64,000 bases of DNA from Pseudobdellovibrionaceae bacterium (GTDB lineage Bacteria; Bdellovibrionota; Bdellovibrionia; Bdellovibrionales; UBA1609), in the NCBI GenBank assembly GCA_030591685.1, contig JAUVAX010000003.1:744-64743 (forward strand). Direction: 5' to 3'. Positions 8,938-20,380 of this stretch are shown in pieces. Positions within the stretch are counted from its first letter, which is position 1; every line of letters starts with the position of its first letter. The notes under the pieces are model-generated. The model saw nothing but the letters and a program-made list of their open reading frames with translations. It was not told the origin of the DNA and ran no database searches. The position numbers and the translations under genes are program-made.

Positions 8938-9420
8938 ATGAAAATTTTTGTTTGTTTGTTTTTTTTCTCAAGCCTCTTCTTTTTTGGCCCGGCAAAGGCT
9001 CAGCGTATTGCTAAACTAAATATCGCTACTGAAAATGTTTTTGCCACGCTCTTAAAAGACTTTAAACAGGCTAAACCCCCCACCTCTAAAATTTATAATA
9101 AAAAATGGGTGTGTGAGTTTTACGGGGCTCGCTCGCGAGCGCGGCGCCCGCGCCCCTCTCACCTTTACGAGTTTAAAGGCACTAATGGGGTTAATTTTGG
9201 CTCACAATTAGTTAAAGTTTATCGCCCCAACAAGCAGCTTGGTTGGGTGGGCAAAAGATCTATTTATACCGACGTTATCCGAATGACAAAAGGGAATCAG
9301 TTAATTGCCGAGCTGTCAGTGCCACAAAAGACCGTATCAGCCCCTCTGCAGCCCTCTTTAGTTATTGCCCAGCACGAGGCCATCGCCTACGCTCGGTGTA
9401 GCTCAAAAGCGATAAACTAA
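8938..9420 (+). CDS. Secreted protein, unknown function
   Basis: Clear signal peptide (FVCLFFFSSLFFFGPAKA). No recognisable domain. Confidence 0.55.
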   Translation: MKIFVCLFFFSSLFFFGPAKAQRIAKLNIATENVFATLLKDFKQAKPPTSKIYNKKWVCEFYGARSRARRPRPSHLYEFKGTNGVNFGSQLVKVYRPNKQLGWVGKRSIYTDVIRMTKGNQLIAELSVPQKTVSAPLQPSLVIAQHEAIAYARCSSKAIN

Positions 9421-9542
9421 CCCCCCTTAATGTTAGTGCTTTAATATTGTTTCCATCTTCTTATGGGACCTCAGCCCCCTCTTTTTAATTGCCTTTAAAT
9501 AGCCCCGGAAGTAGGGTTGTTTAAAGGCAGGGGGGGCGTTTA

Positions 9543-10289
9543 GTGAAGTTTTTAATTTTTTCGACTTTATTATTTTATTCTTTCACTCAGGCTACGGCCC
9601 AACCAATGACTGATGCTGAGCTAAAGGCTCTTTTAAAAAAAGTAGACCGCATTTATCGCTCCGACACTAGCCACTCCACAATGACAATGAAAATTAAAAC
9701 CCCCCAGTTTGAGCGATCACTCACTATGGAGAGCTGGACAAGGGGGCTTGATTACACTTTTATGACTATCCTGGCCCCGGTTAAAGATAAGGGCATTAGT
9801 ACGTTAAAACGAAAATCGAAGATGTGGAATTACTTTCCAAAAATTAATAAGGTCATAAAAATACCCCCTTCGATGATGTTGAGCTCTTGGATGGGCTCTG
9901 ATTTTACAAATGACGACTTTGTAAAGGAAAGCTCCTATCAAGACGATTACTTTGCAAAACTATTAAAGCGCACTAAAGTGATGGTCTCTATTGAGCTCAC
10001 CCCAAAAAGCGATACCAGCTCACTTTGGGGCAAGGTTATTATCGATATACATGCCGCCAAGTACTACCCCATAAAGCAAGTTTTTTACGATGAAAGTGGC
10101 GAGAAAATAAGAACCCTTGAGTTTAGCCATGTTAAAGCCCTAGGGGCTCGCATGGTCCCCATGAAAATGACCCTCACGCCTCATCATAAAAAAGACCAAT
10201 ATACTGAAATCTTATATAATAAAATTGATTTCGATGTGCCCCTGAAGGCCTCTGTTTTTACTCGGAGAAATCTGCAAAAGAGGAGATAG
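9543..10289 (+). CDS. LolA-like outer membrane lipoprotein-sorting family protein
   Basis: Signal peptide. Family-typical stretch KGISTLKRKSKMWNYFPKINKVIKIP...WMGSDFTNDDF. First gene of a tightly packed five-gene operon. Confidence 0.7.
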   Translation: MKFLIFSTLLFYSFTQATAQPMTDAELKALLKKVDRIYRSDTSHSTMTMKIKTPQFERSLTMESWTRGLDYTFMTILAPVKDKGISTLKRKSKMWNYFPKINKVIKIPPSMMLSSWMGSDFTNDDFVKESSYQDDYFAKLLKRTKVMVSIELTPKSDTSSLWGKVIIDIHAAKYYPIKQVFYDESGEKIRTLEFSHVKALGARMVPMKMTLTPHHKKDQYTEILYNKIDFDVPLKASVFTRRNLQKRR

Positions 10290-10293
10290 TTTT

Positions 10294-11505
10294 TTGATTT
10301 TCAAACTCGCCCTAAGAAATATTTTTAGGCAAAAGCGGCGCACTGTTTTAACTATAATGATGATGTGCTTTGGCTACACGCTATTGGCCTTCACCTATGC
10401 CCTCAGTGAGGGCAGTTATAATAGCATTATTGAGGCGTTCACTTCTCAATCAACGGGGCATCTGCAAATCCATAATAAGTCTTACCTTGAAAATCAAAAC
10501 CTTTTTTATAGTATTACTGATGCCCCTAAAATGATTCAAAACCTTGAGCGTGATAAAAGCATCAAAGCTGTTTCGGCCCGAATTACGGGGGGCGCTTTGG
10601 CCTTTGCCAATAATAAAACAGCGGGCGTAAAAATTGTTGGTTTTAATGCCCTTAAGGAGCAAGCCCTCACCCATTACGAAAACAGAGTTTTTGAAAAAGA
10701 TAGCACCATCAATGGACCCTCTGGCACTTATGTTTATATAGGTAAAAAGGTGGCTCGCATTTTAAAGCTTAAGCTCGGTGACTCGTTGGCTATGATCTCA
10801 AGTGGGGTCGACGGCTCCATTGCCAATGATTTATACACAGTCAAAGGCATTATGAAAGGCTCGCCTTTTGACGACAACAGTGTTTATTTGGGCCTTAATG
10901 CCGCTCAGGAGTTTTTTAGCCTTCACAACCAGGTGACCCATGTTTCTGTTTTACTACACAACATTGGCTCCTTCCCTGCTGCGGTAAATCGTATGGCCCC
11001 ACTTTTATCAAACACTAAATACATTGTTCGCCCTTGGCAAAAGATAGAGTCTAGTTTTTACAAAGCGATGGAGGCCGACAAAAAAGGCAATACCATAACA
11101 GAGTTAATTATAGTCTTAATGGTAAGTATTGGGGTGTTAAACACTATTTTAATGTCCATGCTAGAGCGAACCCGCGAATTTGGTCTTTTAAAGGCCCTCG
11201 GCACAAAACCCCTGCAACTCGCCGGGATGGTCACTCTCGAGGTACTGTTGACCTCTTTTATAAGCCTCGCCATTGGCGTCGTGCTTGCCTATGCGGTAAT
11301 TTATTATTTTTCAATTTTCGGTATTCAGTACTCTGAACCCATGACCTATGGGGGGATGACCTTTTCAGAGCTCACTGTTGAGTTTTCTACAAAGGCCTTT
11401 TTGCGGCCTGCTGTGGTTATTTTATTATCAAGCGCATTAGTAGCTCTAGTCCCTAGTTATAGAGTTTTAAAACTCAAGCCCATTGATGGCTTAAAGGATT
11501 TTTAA
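10294..11505 (+). CDS. ABC transporter permease, FtsX/MacB/LolC-E type (1 of 2)
   Basis: N-terminal TM, a large extracytoplasmic domain, then the C-terminal FtsX TM bundle (REFGLLKALGTKP). 4-nt gap to the upstream gene. Confidence 0.8.
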   Translation: MIFKLALRNIFRQKRRTVLTIMMMCFGYTLLAFTYALSEGSYNSIIEAFTSQSTGHLQIHNKSYLENQNLFYSITDAPKMIQNLERDKSIKAVSARITGGALAFANNKTAGVKIVGFNALKEQALTHYENRVFEKDSTINGPSGTYVYIGKKVARILKLKLGDSLAMISSGVDGSIANDLYTVKGIMKGSPFDDNSVYLGLNAAQEFFSLHNQVTHVSVLLHNIGSFPAAVNRMAPLLSNTKYIVRPWQKIESSFYKAMEADKKGNTITELIIVLMVSIGVLNTILMSMLERTREFGLLKALGTKPLQLAGMVTLEVLLTSFISLAIGVVLAYAVIYYFSIFGIQYSEPMTYGGMTFSELTVEFSTKAFLRPAVVILLSSALVALVPSYRVLKLKPIDGLKDF

Positions 11506-12735
11506 ATGATTGGGCTACCTTTGTTTTTAAAACTCGGACTTAGAAACGTTTTTAGAAACAAACGTCGATCAGCCCTTGGTGCCTTTGCCGTAGGCATAGG
11601 CTTGGCCTCTCTTATTACCGCCGATGGGTTTATGAGGGGTATGGAGCAAAACTTAATAAAGCTCACCACCACATCTCTTTTGGGCGAGGGGCAGGTTCAC
11701 AATAGAGCGTTCGTTGAAACTATGGACTCTGACTTTCCCATTGCTGAGCCTTTAAAAACCGAGGCTCTTATAAAAAGTGACCCACACGTTGTGGCCTATT
11801 CTAAACGCGTTTTATCTTTAGGCATGGTGGCCTCAACGAAGAGTTCAAAAAATATTCTAATCTACGGCATTAACGGCGAAAAAGAAAAGCAAGTGAACTC
11901 TGTGCATCGATTTATCTCAGCAGGTCGGTTTATTACGCACAAAAAAGATCTTGTACTTGGCCAGCGTTTAGCTAAAAAACTTGATGTTCAACTTAATGAC
12001 AAGGTTACTATTACGACAAGTGAGGCTCACACGGGCGAGTTGGCACAGGCGGTATTTAGAGTCTCGGGGTTTATACACTTTGGCTCTAAAGAGATTGATG
12101 AGGGCCTCGTCTTTATACATTATAAAGCCGCACAAGATCTTCTTGGCATAGGTCATGAGTTTCATGAAATTGTATTAAAATTTGACTCTCTTAAAGCAGC
12201 CTCTGATAAAAACCTGACCACGTGGGCAGCCCTATCAAGTCAGCATAATATCGCTGAGTCTTACAGAAGCCTAGCCCCAGGCATGGATTTTATGACCGAA
12301 ATGATGGGCTTAAGCTCTTTAATTATGGGGTCTATACTTGGGGTTTTAGTCGCCCTTGGGATTATGAATACCCTGTTTATGTCTATCTTTGAGCGACTTT
12401 TTGAGTTTGGCGTTTTAAGGGCTATCGGCACTAGAGGTCTAGATATTTTTAAAATGATTTTATGGGAAGCCTTTTTTTTAGGCCTACTCAGTGTTGTTGC
12501 CGGGTTTTTTATGGCTCTTATTTTTGCCGGCTACCTGGGGGTTTATGGTGTCGATTATGGAGGTATTGAGTTTAATGCCGTCACTTTTAGAGAGCCCATT
12601 TATTACCTCTTTCAATGGTCCCATGTTTGGCTGCTACCTGCGGTCTTAATTATTTTTATTTTAATAACCGCCATTTACCCCGCAATATATGCGGCTCGAT
12701 TAACCTTAAGCGATGCTATGAAAAAATCATTATAG
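11506..12735 (+). CDS. ABC transporter permease, FtsX/MacB/LolC-E type (2 of 2)
   Basis: Same architecture as the first permease (FEFGVLRAIGTRG). The ATG directly abuts the preceding TAA. Confidence 0.8.
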   Translation: MIGLPLFLKLGLRNVFRNKRRSALGAFAVGIGLASLITADGFMRGMEQNLIKLTTTSLLGEGQVHNRAFVETMDSDFPIAEPLKTEALIKSDPHVVAYSKRVLSLGMVASTKSSKNILIYGINGEKEKQVNSVHRFISAGRFITHKKDLVLGQRLAKKLDVQLNDKVTITTSEAHTGELAQAVFRVSGFIHFGSKEIDEGLVFIHYKAAQDLLGIGHEFHEIVLKFDSLKAASDKNLTTWAALSSQHNIAESYRSLAPGMDFMTEMMGLSSLIMGSILGVLVALGIMNTLFMSIFERLFEFGVLRAIGTRGLDIFKMILWEAFFLGLLSVVAGFFMALIFAGYLGVYGVDYGGIEFNAVTFREPIYYLFQWSHVWLLPAVLIIFILITAIYPAIYAARLTLSDAMKKSL

Positions 12736-12744
12736 GTAAACACT

Positions 12745-13440
12745 ATGGATAACGAAATTATTTACGATGTAAGAAATTTAAATAAAGTCTTTGGCGCTAA
12801 CGAGAACACTAAAGTGTACGCCAACCGTAATATCAACTTAAAGGTCCGGCGAGGGGAGTTTATGGCGATCATTGGCCCCTCTGGGTCTGGCAAGTCAACG
12901 CTATTAAACATTATTAGTGGGCTCGACACCCCCACTTCTGGCGAAATACATTTATCTGGTCGGCTTATGTCAAAACTCTCCGGCTCAGAGCTCGCCCAGT
13001 TTAGACGAGACCATATTGGGTTTATTTTTCAAGCCTATAACTTAATACCCGTTTTAACGGTCACTGAAAATATTGAGTATGTTTTAGTCCTTCAGGGTAA
13101 AACAAAACCTCAAAGAGAGGCCGCTGTTAAAGAAATTTTAAACCTTGTGGGCCTTAGTGGTTTTGAGCATAGGCTACCAGCAGAGCTCAGCGGCGGACAA
13201 CAGCAACGAGTAGCGGTCGCCCGTGCCGTTGTTACAAAACCAGATATTATTTTAGCCGACGAGCCCACGGCAAACTTAGACTCTAAAACCGGAGAGGAGT
13301 TGATAGACATGATGCTCGAGTTAAACAAAAAATATAAGACCACTTTTATTTTCTCTACCCACGATCAAATGATCATGCGTAAGGCCCGAAGGCTTGTAAC
13401 ACTTAAAGATGGGGCTGTTTTATCTGATGAAACGCGCTAG
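12745..13440 (+). CDS. ABC transporter ATP-binding protein (LolD/MacB-type)
   Basis: Walker A GPSGSGKST, signature LSGGQQQRVAVARA, Walker B IILADEPT. Confidence 0.9.
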   Translation: MDNEIIYDVRNLNKVFGANENTKVYANRNINLKVRRGEFMAIIGPSGSGKSTLLNIISGLDTPTSGEIHLSGRLMSKLSGSELAQFRRDHIGFIFQAYNLIPVLTVTENIEYVLVLQGKTKPQREAAVKEILNLVGLSGFEHRLPAELSGGQQQRVAVARAVVTKPDIILADEPTANLDSKTGEELIDMMLELNKKYKTTFIFSTHDQMIMRKARRLVTLKDGAVLSDETR

Positions 13441-14599
13441 TTTATTATTTTTTATTTTTTTCGGCCTTTACCCCTTAACAGGATTCGCGTTAGAGACTCG
13501 TGGGTACACTATACTACAGGCCTCCTCAGCGGGTCTCCGGACAAGTGTTCAAAAAAATGTGTTTGCTCATTTTGAACTCGCCAACATTAACCGCCTTAAC
13601 CTACTTCATGAAAGTAGCGGCATGACTTATGAGCTCGGCCTTGAGCTCAACCAAATCTACGAAACAAACGATCTCACGCAAAGCTCTCCGTACAGTAATT
13701 TAAAAACCCCTTACCGCATTTTTAGAGAAAACCCTGTTTTAAACCTAACCACTTTAGAGCAGGATAACTATTTACTCTTAGGCCAGGTTGATAGGCTTAC
13801 TTTAGAGTACCAAGGGCTAAGCTCTTCTTTTATTTTTGGGCGACAACAGATTAGTTTTGGGGCCTCTAAGTTTGTGTCCCCCCTTGATGTTTTTGCCCCC
13901 AACAACCCCTCTAGCATAAACACTGAGGAGCGCTCCGGGGTCGACGCTGCACGATTTAAAACCTCTATTGGCGAAATGGGTGAGTTTGGCCTTGGGGTCG
14001 TGATGGGGCAAAACTTAAGCGAAAAAAAATCGGCCGCTTTTTTAAACCTCAAATACAGCTTTTATAATATTGAGTTCGAGGCCTTAGCGGCTCGCTACTT
14101 ACAGGTAAATATGCTCGGCCTTCAGGTGCTTAAATCTATTTACGGTACTAATACATGGATAGAGTTGGCTTATAATGAGGGTCAATACACTCGATTTACC
14201 GTGGGCACTGAGTACCAGTGGTCCCCTCGGTTTTATACCGCTGCCGAGTATCACTATAATGGCGCTGGTAAATCTGAGGTTTCAGGTTATCCTTTGGCCC
14301 TTGCCGAGTTTTCGTTCACTTCAGTGTCTGTTTTTTTACTCTCAAAAAATTACTTAAACGTATTGTTGGGGTATCAGCTCTCCCCACTTACGTTTTTATC
14401 TGGCAGGCTAACAAGTAACCTACTAGATCACTCTTACTTATTTAGCCTTGGGGCTACAAAAAGCTTAAGCAATAACTCTCAAAATGACTTTGGGATTACG
14501 TTAGGTATGGGCCCCAAAGGCTCGTCATTAAGCCTTGTGCTCTCTGAGTTTGGGCACTACGGTGCTCAGGCCTACTATAAATATAAATACTTTTTCTAG
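13427..14599 (+). CDS. Predicted outer-membrane beta-barrel protein
   Basis: The ATG at 13427 gives the signal peptide MKRASLLFFIFFGLYPLTGFA. Alternating beta-strand pattern and a C-terminal YKYKYFF aromatic terminus. Overlaps the ATPase stop by 14 nt. Confidence 0.65.
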   Translation: MKRASLLFFIFFGLYPLTGFALETRGYTILQASSAGLRTSVQKNVFAHFELANINRLNLLHESSGMTYELGLELNQIYETNDLTQSSPYSNLKTPYRIFRENPVLNLTTLEQDNYLLLGQVDRLTLEYQGLSSSFIFGRQQISFGASKFVSPLDVFAPNNPSSINTEERSGVDAARFKTSIGEMGEFGLGVVMGQNLSEKKSAAFLNLKYSFYNIEFEALAARYLQVNMLGLQVLKSIYGTNTWIELAYNEGQYTRFTVGTEYQWSPRFYTAAEYHYNGAGKSEVSGYPLALAEFSFTSVSVFLLSKNYLNVLLGYQLSPLTFLSGRLTSNLLDHSYLFSLGATKSLSNNSQNDFGITLGMGPKGSSLSLVLSEFGHYGAQAYYKYKYFF

Positions 14600-14806
14600 T
14601 CGCTCTACAGAGGCGAAAACTGTAACCCTACACCCCATAAATAGCCCCCACTTAATACTCGCCGCCTTCTATTGCCCCATCAAAGGGGGGGGGTAACCTT
14701 TGCACTCTCTATAAAACGAGCCCCTTTTTGTTATCTCAGCTTGTAAAAGTTTTACTGTTTTTAACCGGGTACTTATATAACCACCTGAAACAACTGTATT
14801 ATTGTG

Positions 14807-14822
14807 TGGCACTGCTCCTGCA
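14807..14822 (+). promoter_or_regulatory. Sigma-54 (-24/-12) promoter
   Basis: TGGCACTGCTCCTGCA has correct GG-N10-GC spacing. It is about 40 nt upstream of the GGAGG-led GTG at 14861. Confidence 0.55.
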
Positions 14823-14860
14823 ATAACCTGCTATGAGTTGAGCCATACGGAGGCCTTATA

Positions 14861-15358
14861 GTGATAAAAAAAACTTTTAACCAAAAACTGCTTGGGCTTT
14901 GTATAGTATTGGCCGGCTCGGTGGCAGTCGCTGCGGTGGCTCCTATTACGGCCCCGGTGACACCCGCCTCGAAGGTGCTGACTTTTAAAACATGGAAGGA
15001 GCAACAAGTTATGAAGGCGCAAAATATAGTGGTGCGCCTGGCGAACCAAATTTTAATTAAAAACAACTCTTTGCTCTCCGGCCAAGAGCCAGAGGTTACA
15101 ACGGAATCCACTTTGAACAATACTGAGGGCGCCCAAAAAAACGGAACCCGTGATTTAAAGCTCGCCCAACAAGACTTGCAAATTGCCACAGAACTAGAGT
15201 TTGAGGACTATTTGTCCGTTCTATTGTCTCAGCTTGGGGACAACCCTAAGCGCCTTAAGGAGCTCGCAAAACAGCTCTCGACAGATGAGGTGGCGAAGAC
15301 ACTTCTTTACTTGCAGCGTTATAAGTCGGCCCCAAGGTCAACGGTTATAAAAAAATAA
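14861..15358 (+). CDS. Secreted protein, unknown function
   Basis: GTG start 7 nt after GGAGG. Signal peptide LLGLCIVLAGSVAVAAVA. No recognisable domain. Confidence 0.6.
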   Translation: MIKKTFNQKLLGLCIVLAGSVAVAAVAPITAPVTPASKVLTFKTWKEQQVMKAQNIVVRLANQILIKNNSLLSGQEPEVTTESTLNNTEGAQKNGTRDLKLAQQDLQIATELEFEDYLSVLLSQLGDNPKRLKELAKQLSTDEVAKTLLYLQRYKSAPRSTVIKK

Positions 15359-15442
15359 AAATTTGTAAAATTAAACCCCAATGATAACAAAGGGTTATCG
15401 TGCTTGGCCCCAGGCTCCGTAAAGGCCCTTAATTTAGTGGCC

Positions 15443-15470
15443 TTGACAGTTAGATTGTACTGTACAAATT
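15443..15470 (+). promoter_or_regulatory. Candidate groES promoter (-35 TTGACA) overlapped by a 13-bp palindrome
   Basis: TTGACA at 15443-15448. Perfect palindrome TTGTACtGTACAA at 15455-15467. The -10 element is uncertain (CAAATT with a 16-nt spacer). Confidence 0.3.
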
Positions 15471-15548
15471 GCCTGAGGCTTTTTAAAAGAGCTATGAACT
15501 ACATAAAATAACTTAGTTTTTAAGACTAATTAAATAGGAGGAGCTTAA

Positions 15549-15851
15549 ATGGCTACAACAAATATAGCAGTAAGACCTTTGCACGACAGAATCTTGGTTC
15601 GACGTGTTGCAGAGAGCACAACAACAGCTGGTGGGATCATCATCCCCGACACGGCAAAAGAAAAGCCTCAAAAGGGTGAAATTATAGCAACAGGTAAAGG
15701 CCGCATCACTGACGATGGCAAGGTTCTAGCTTTAGAAGTAAAAGCCGGCGACCAAATATTATTTAGCAAGTATGCCGGAACTGAGCTTAAGCTTGAAGGT
15801 GAAGAATTTTTAATGATGCGCGAAGAAGACGTGCTGGGTGTTTTAAATTAA
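15549..15851 (+). CDS. groES: Co-chaperonin GroES
   Basis: 100 aa with [11 protein letters not shown]...GGIIIPD...GKV. AGGAGG Shine-Dalgarno. Directly upstream of groEL. Confidence 0.97.
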   Translation: MATTNIAVRPLHDRILVRRVAESTTTAGGIIIPDTAKEKPQKGEIIATGKGRITDDGKVLALEVKAGDQILFSKYAGTELKLEGEEFLMMREEDVLGVLN

Positions 15852-15868
15852 TTTTAAATAAAGGATAA

Positions 15869-17527
<1,659 letters not shown>

Positions 17528-17554
17528 TTTTAGTTACATTTAATATTTACTTTA

Positions 17555-17586
17555 AAACCCGAAGATCACTCTTCGGGTTTTTTTTA
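17555..17586 (+). terminator. Rho-independent terminator after groEL
   Basis: AAACCCGAAG-ATCACT-CTTCGGGTTT hairpin followed by a T-run. Confidence 0.85.
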
Positions 17587-17624
17587 TTTTAAAATACCGT
17601 CTGTTTAAAAAAAGGTTTAAACCT

Positions 17625-19157
17625 TTAAAACATATAAGACAGGCCGGCGGATAGAATGGTCGATTTTTGACTTGAGCTTTGAGCGGCACCGCTAAACTTT
17701 GCCGTATAAAGTTCAATATCTAAAGAGGCAATGGCTTTTAAGTTTTCTCTTAGTTTTTTGTGCCCAAAAACCGCAAAGTGATTAGCCGTAATACTCGACG
17801 CGCTCCCCGAAGAGGGGCTTTGAGAAAGGTTTGGGGATAAAAACATAAACAGCTTTGCCCCCAAGGCCCATTTGCGGTCTTGAGATACCGGGAACAAGCC
17901 CGAAACCCCCATTTTAAACCCTGAATAGGTCAGCCCTGTCACCGTCGCAGAGAGGTCGTTAACATCTACCTTATACGAGGCATAGCCGATTAAAAACTCA
18001 ACCACAGAGTCCCACACATCATGACCAAACCTATAAGTATACCCACCCATAAAGTCATAATTCGCCGACGAATTTGAGGCCACAATACCCTGAGCAATAT
18101 GAGCGTGTAGGGTTATTTTTTGTGTCAACCACAGCTCGGCATCAAAAAGTACATTTTTACCAAGGCTATCACTGGTTTTAAAACTCTGACTTAACTTGCG
18201 CACATCTGAGGTGAACGACCCTAACCCAATACCCGCGGACACACTGCCAAAGGTGGGAGGCTTTTGGGGCAGCCATTTTTTAGGGGATTTGCCAAAGCTC
18301 ATTTTATGATCGGGCCTTAGCATTAAGGTGTCTGTAGAGTTATTACTTAAAGAGAGGGCATCAGCATTATAAGAGACTTGATTTAACCCAACAACTTTGG
18401 CGTTTTTTTGAATCGCGTTTTTTTCGATCTCGGTTATTATTTTTCCAAAACTGAGGGTCTTATCGACTTTAATAACCTTTACCTTACCGAGGACTTCCTT
18501 TTCTGTTGAGATTAAAAAATGAAATTTTGGATGGTACTTGGCCTTTATAATTTGTATCACTGAGAGGACTTGGCCCGGCTTGGCGCCGTCATTTAAACCC
18601 ACATTAAGGGTCACCCGTTCGCCTTGGCGACTTAAAACAATGCCCTCATAGGGTATTTGATTTAAAATTTGCCCTACTAAGCCAATGGTCACTTTTTTAA
18701 TATCCCTTAACTCAAATTTTTTAGAGTTTTTAGCACTGGCCTTTGCTAACAGGCGGCCATTTTTAATTAAATACATATGTACTTTAAGGGTCAGGCCATT
18801 GGGCCCCTTAATGGCCTGAGCAACAATCGCAGCGTCGGCGCTTAAATTATTTGTTAATTTTTTTGAAAGGATGGGGTTTATCTCTAACTCGTTAGGGGTA
18901 ATGATCATGCCTATGCCGTCGTCTTTAACTAAATCCCAGTGGTGACTTTTAGAAAAAATATTTTTTATGGTCTTTTCGATGGGCCGAGCATATATGCCCC
19001 CCAGGTTATCAGAGGTTGGCAATACTACAATTTTTTTAATCGTTAATAGCTCATCTACACTACTTCTGTAAACAGAGCTTTGTGACTGGTTGTCTTGAGC
19101 ACAAAGCTTATGTGATACTAAAAATAGCCCCGTAAAAAGCAGTAAGGAGAATTTCAT
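17625..19157 (-). CDS. Predicted outer-membrane protein (N-terminal soluble domain plus C-terminal beta-barrel)
   Basis: Signal peptide LLLFTGLFLVSHKLCA. The C-terminal half has an alternating pattern ending in SAGLSYMF (terminal Phe). Confidence 0.6.
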   Translation of the reverse strand: MKFSLLLFTGLFLVSHKLCAQDNQSQSSVYRSSVDELLTIKKIVVLPTSDNLGGIYARPIEKTIKNIFSKSHHWDLVKDDGIGMIITPNELEINPILSKKLTNNLSADAAIVAQAIKGPNGLTLKVHMYLIKNGRLLAKASAKNSKKFELRDIKKVTIGLVGQILNQIPYEGIVLSRQGERVTLNVGLNDGAKPGQVLSVIQIIKAKYHPKFHFLISTEKEVLGKVKVIKVDKTLSFGKIITEIEKNAIQKNAKVVGLNQVSYNADALSLSNNSTDTLMLRPDHKMSFGKSPKKWLPQKPPTFGSVSAGIGLGSFTSDVRKLSQSFKTSDSLGKNVLFDAELWLTQKITLHAHIAQGIVASNSSANYDFMGGYTYRFGHDVWDSVVEFLIGYASYKVDVNDLSATVTGLTYSGFKMGVSGLFPVSQDRKWALGAKLFMFLSPNLSQSPSSGSASSITANHFAVFGHKKLRENLKAIASLDIELYTAKFSGAAQSSSQKSTILSAGLSYMF

Positions 19158-19238
19158 AACGCCTCTTTTTTTTAACTTTTCTCTATATAATATTTTGCCA
19201 CGCTCGGCGTGATAAGCGCAACGCCTGAGGCGCTGGGC

Positions 19239-19898
19239 TTAGGCTTTCGACGGGTCTATAGGGCCATTATCCTTGGGCTTGTTACTAGACCTTAGCTTTC
19301 GATAAACAAGGTAGGTCGCAACAAATACAACTATACCTATTAAAAAGGTCATCTGAGCGTTAGCGGCAAACTCAAGGGCCTCATCTAGGTTTTCAGCAAA
19401 GTAATAACCCCCGACAACCCATATGGGCACACTAATAAGGGCGGCAAAACCATCGAGCAACAGAAATGTTGCCGGGCTTACCCCTAATACCCCAGAGGAT
19501 AAGTAAATCGGGGCCCTTAGGCCTGGTAAAAATCGGGCCGTAAAGCAAATAAATTTTGAGTTGTTTCTTATTTTTAATTCGGCTTTTTTAATTCTTGCCG
19601 CAGTAAATATAGACCTAAACACCGGTAAATTAAAAATTTTTGCCCCAAACCTGCGACCTAAAAAAAACAAAAAGGCATCGCCCACTAAAACACCAATAAA
19701 ACACACTATAAGAGCGCCCGAAAGAGAGATCTTACCAAGCCCTGCCAGTATGCCCGCTGCGATTAAAGTAATGTCTTCAGGCACTGGCAGGCCCAACCCA
19801 CAGGCGAACAAAATGCCTATAATAATACCGTACGCGGTAAGTCCAGAAAACCCCGACAAAAGTGTTATTAATTTAGCTGAAAAACTGATTTCTTTCAT
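19239..19898 (-). CDS. DedA/VTT-family membrane protein
   Basis: DedA-type motif GLPVPEDITLIAAG and FFLGRRFG, with multiple TM segments. I chose the start at ATG 19898. The ORF-track start at 19937 is a TTG with no Shine-Dalgarno. Confidence 0.75.
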   Translation of the reverse strand: MKEISFSAKLITLLSGFSGLTAYGIIIGILFACGLGLPVPEDITLIAAGILAGLGKISLSGALIVCFIGVLVGDAFLFFLGRRFGAKIFNLPVFRSIFTAARIKKAELKIRNNSKFICFTARFLPGLRAPIYLSSGVLGVSPATFLLLDGFAALISVPIWVVGGYYFAENLDEALEFAANAQMTFLIGIVVFVATYLVYRKLRSSNKPKDNGPIDPSKA

Positions 19899-20004
19899 GA
19901 CCCCATGCCTGTTGCAAGGTGACAACACTAACATCAATTAATATTGAAAACAAATTGGTCCAGGACATATACAAAATTTATAAAAATCAGCCTATGATTA
20001 AGTT

Positions 20005-20376
20005 ATGAGTATTAGATTAGTCATCGTAGATGACGCTCCGTTCATCAGAGAAGTCATTAGAAACCTTGCTGTTGAAAATGGCATTGAGGTCGTTGGAGAG
20101 GCTCAAAATGGCCTGGACGCCGTTGAGGTTGTAAAAAAAACCAACCCTGAGGTCGTAATTATGGACGTTGTCATGCCTGGTAAAAACGGCATTGAGGCGA
20201 CAAAGGAAATTTTAACAATATATCCAGAAACCAGAATCATCGCTTGCTCCACACTTGAACAGTCTTCAATGATTTTAAATGCTATTCAGGCTGGCTGCTG
20301 CGATTTTGTTCGAAAACCCTTTAAAAAAGAAGATTTACTAACCAGTATTAAAAATAGCGTAAAGGCAATGGTCTAA
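20005..20376 (+). CDS. Single-domain response regulator (CheY-like receiver)
   Basis: IVDDAPF acidic pocket, phospho-acceptor context VIMDVVMPGKNG, conserved Lys in RKPF. Confidence 0.85.
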   Translation: MSIRLVIVDDAPFIREVIRNLAVENGIEVVGEAQNGLDAVEVVKKTNPEVVIMDVVMPGKNGIEATKEILTIYPETRIIACSTLEQSSMILNAIQAGCCDFVRKPFKKEDLLTSIKNSVKAMV

Positions 20377-20380
20377 CATT

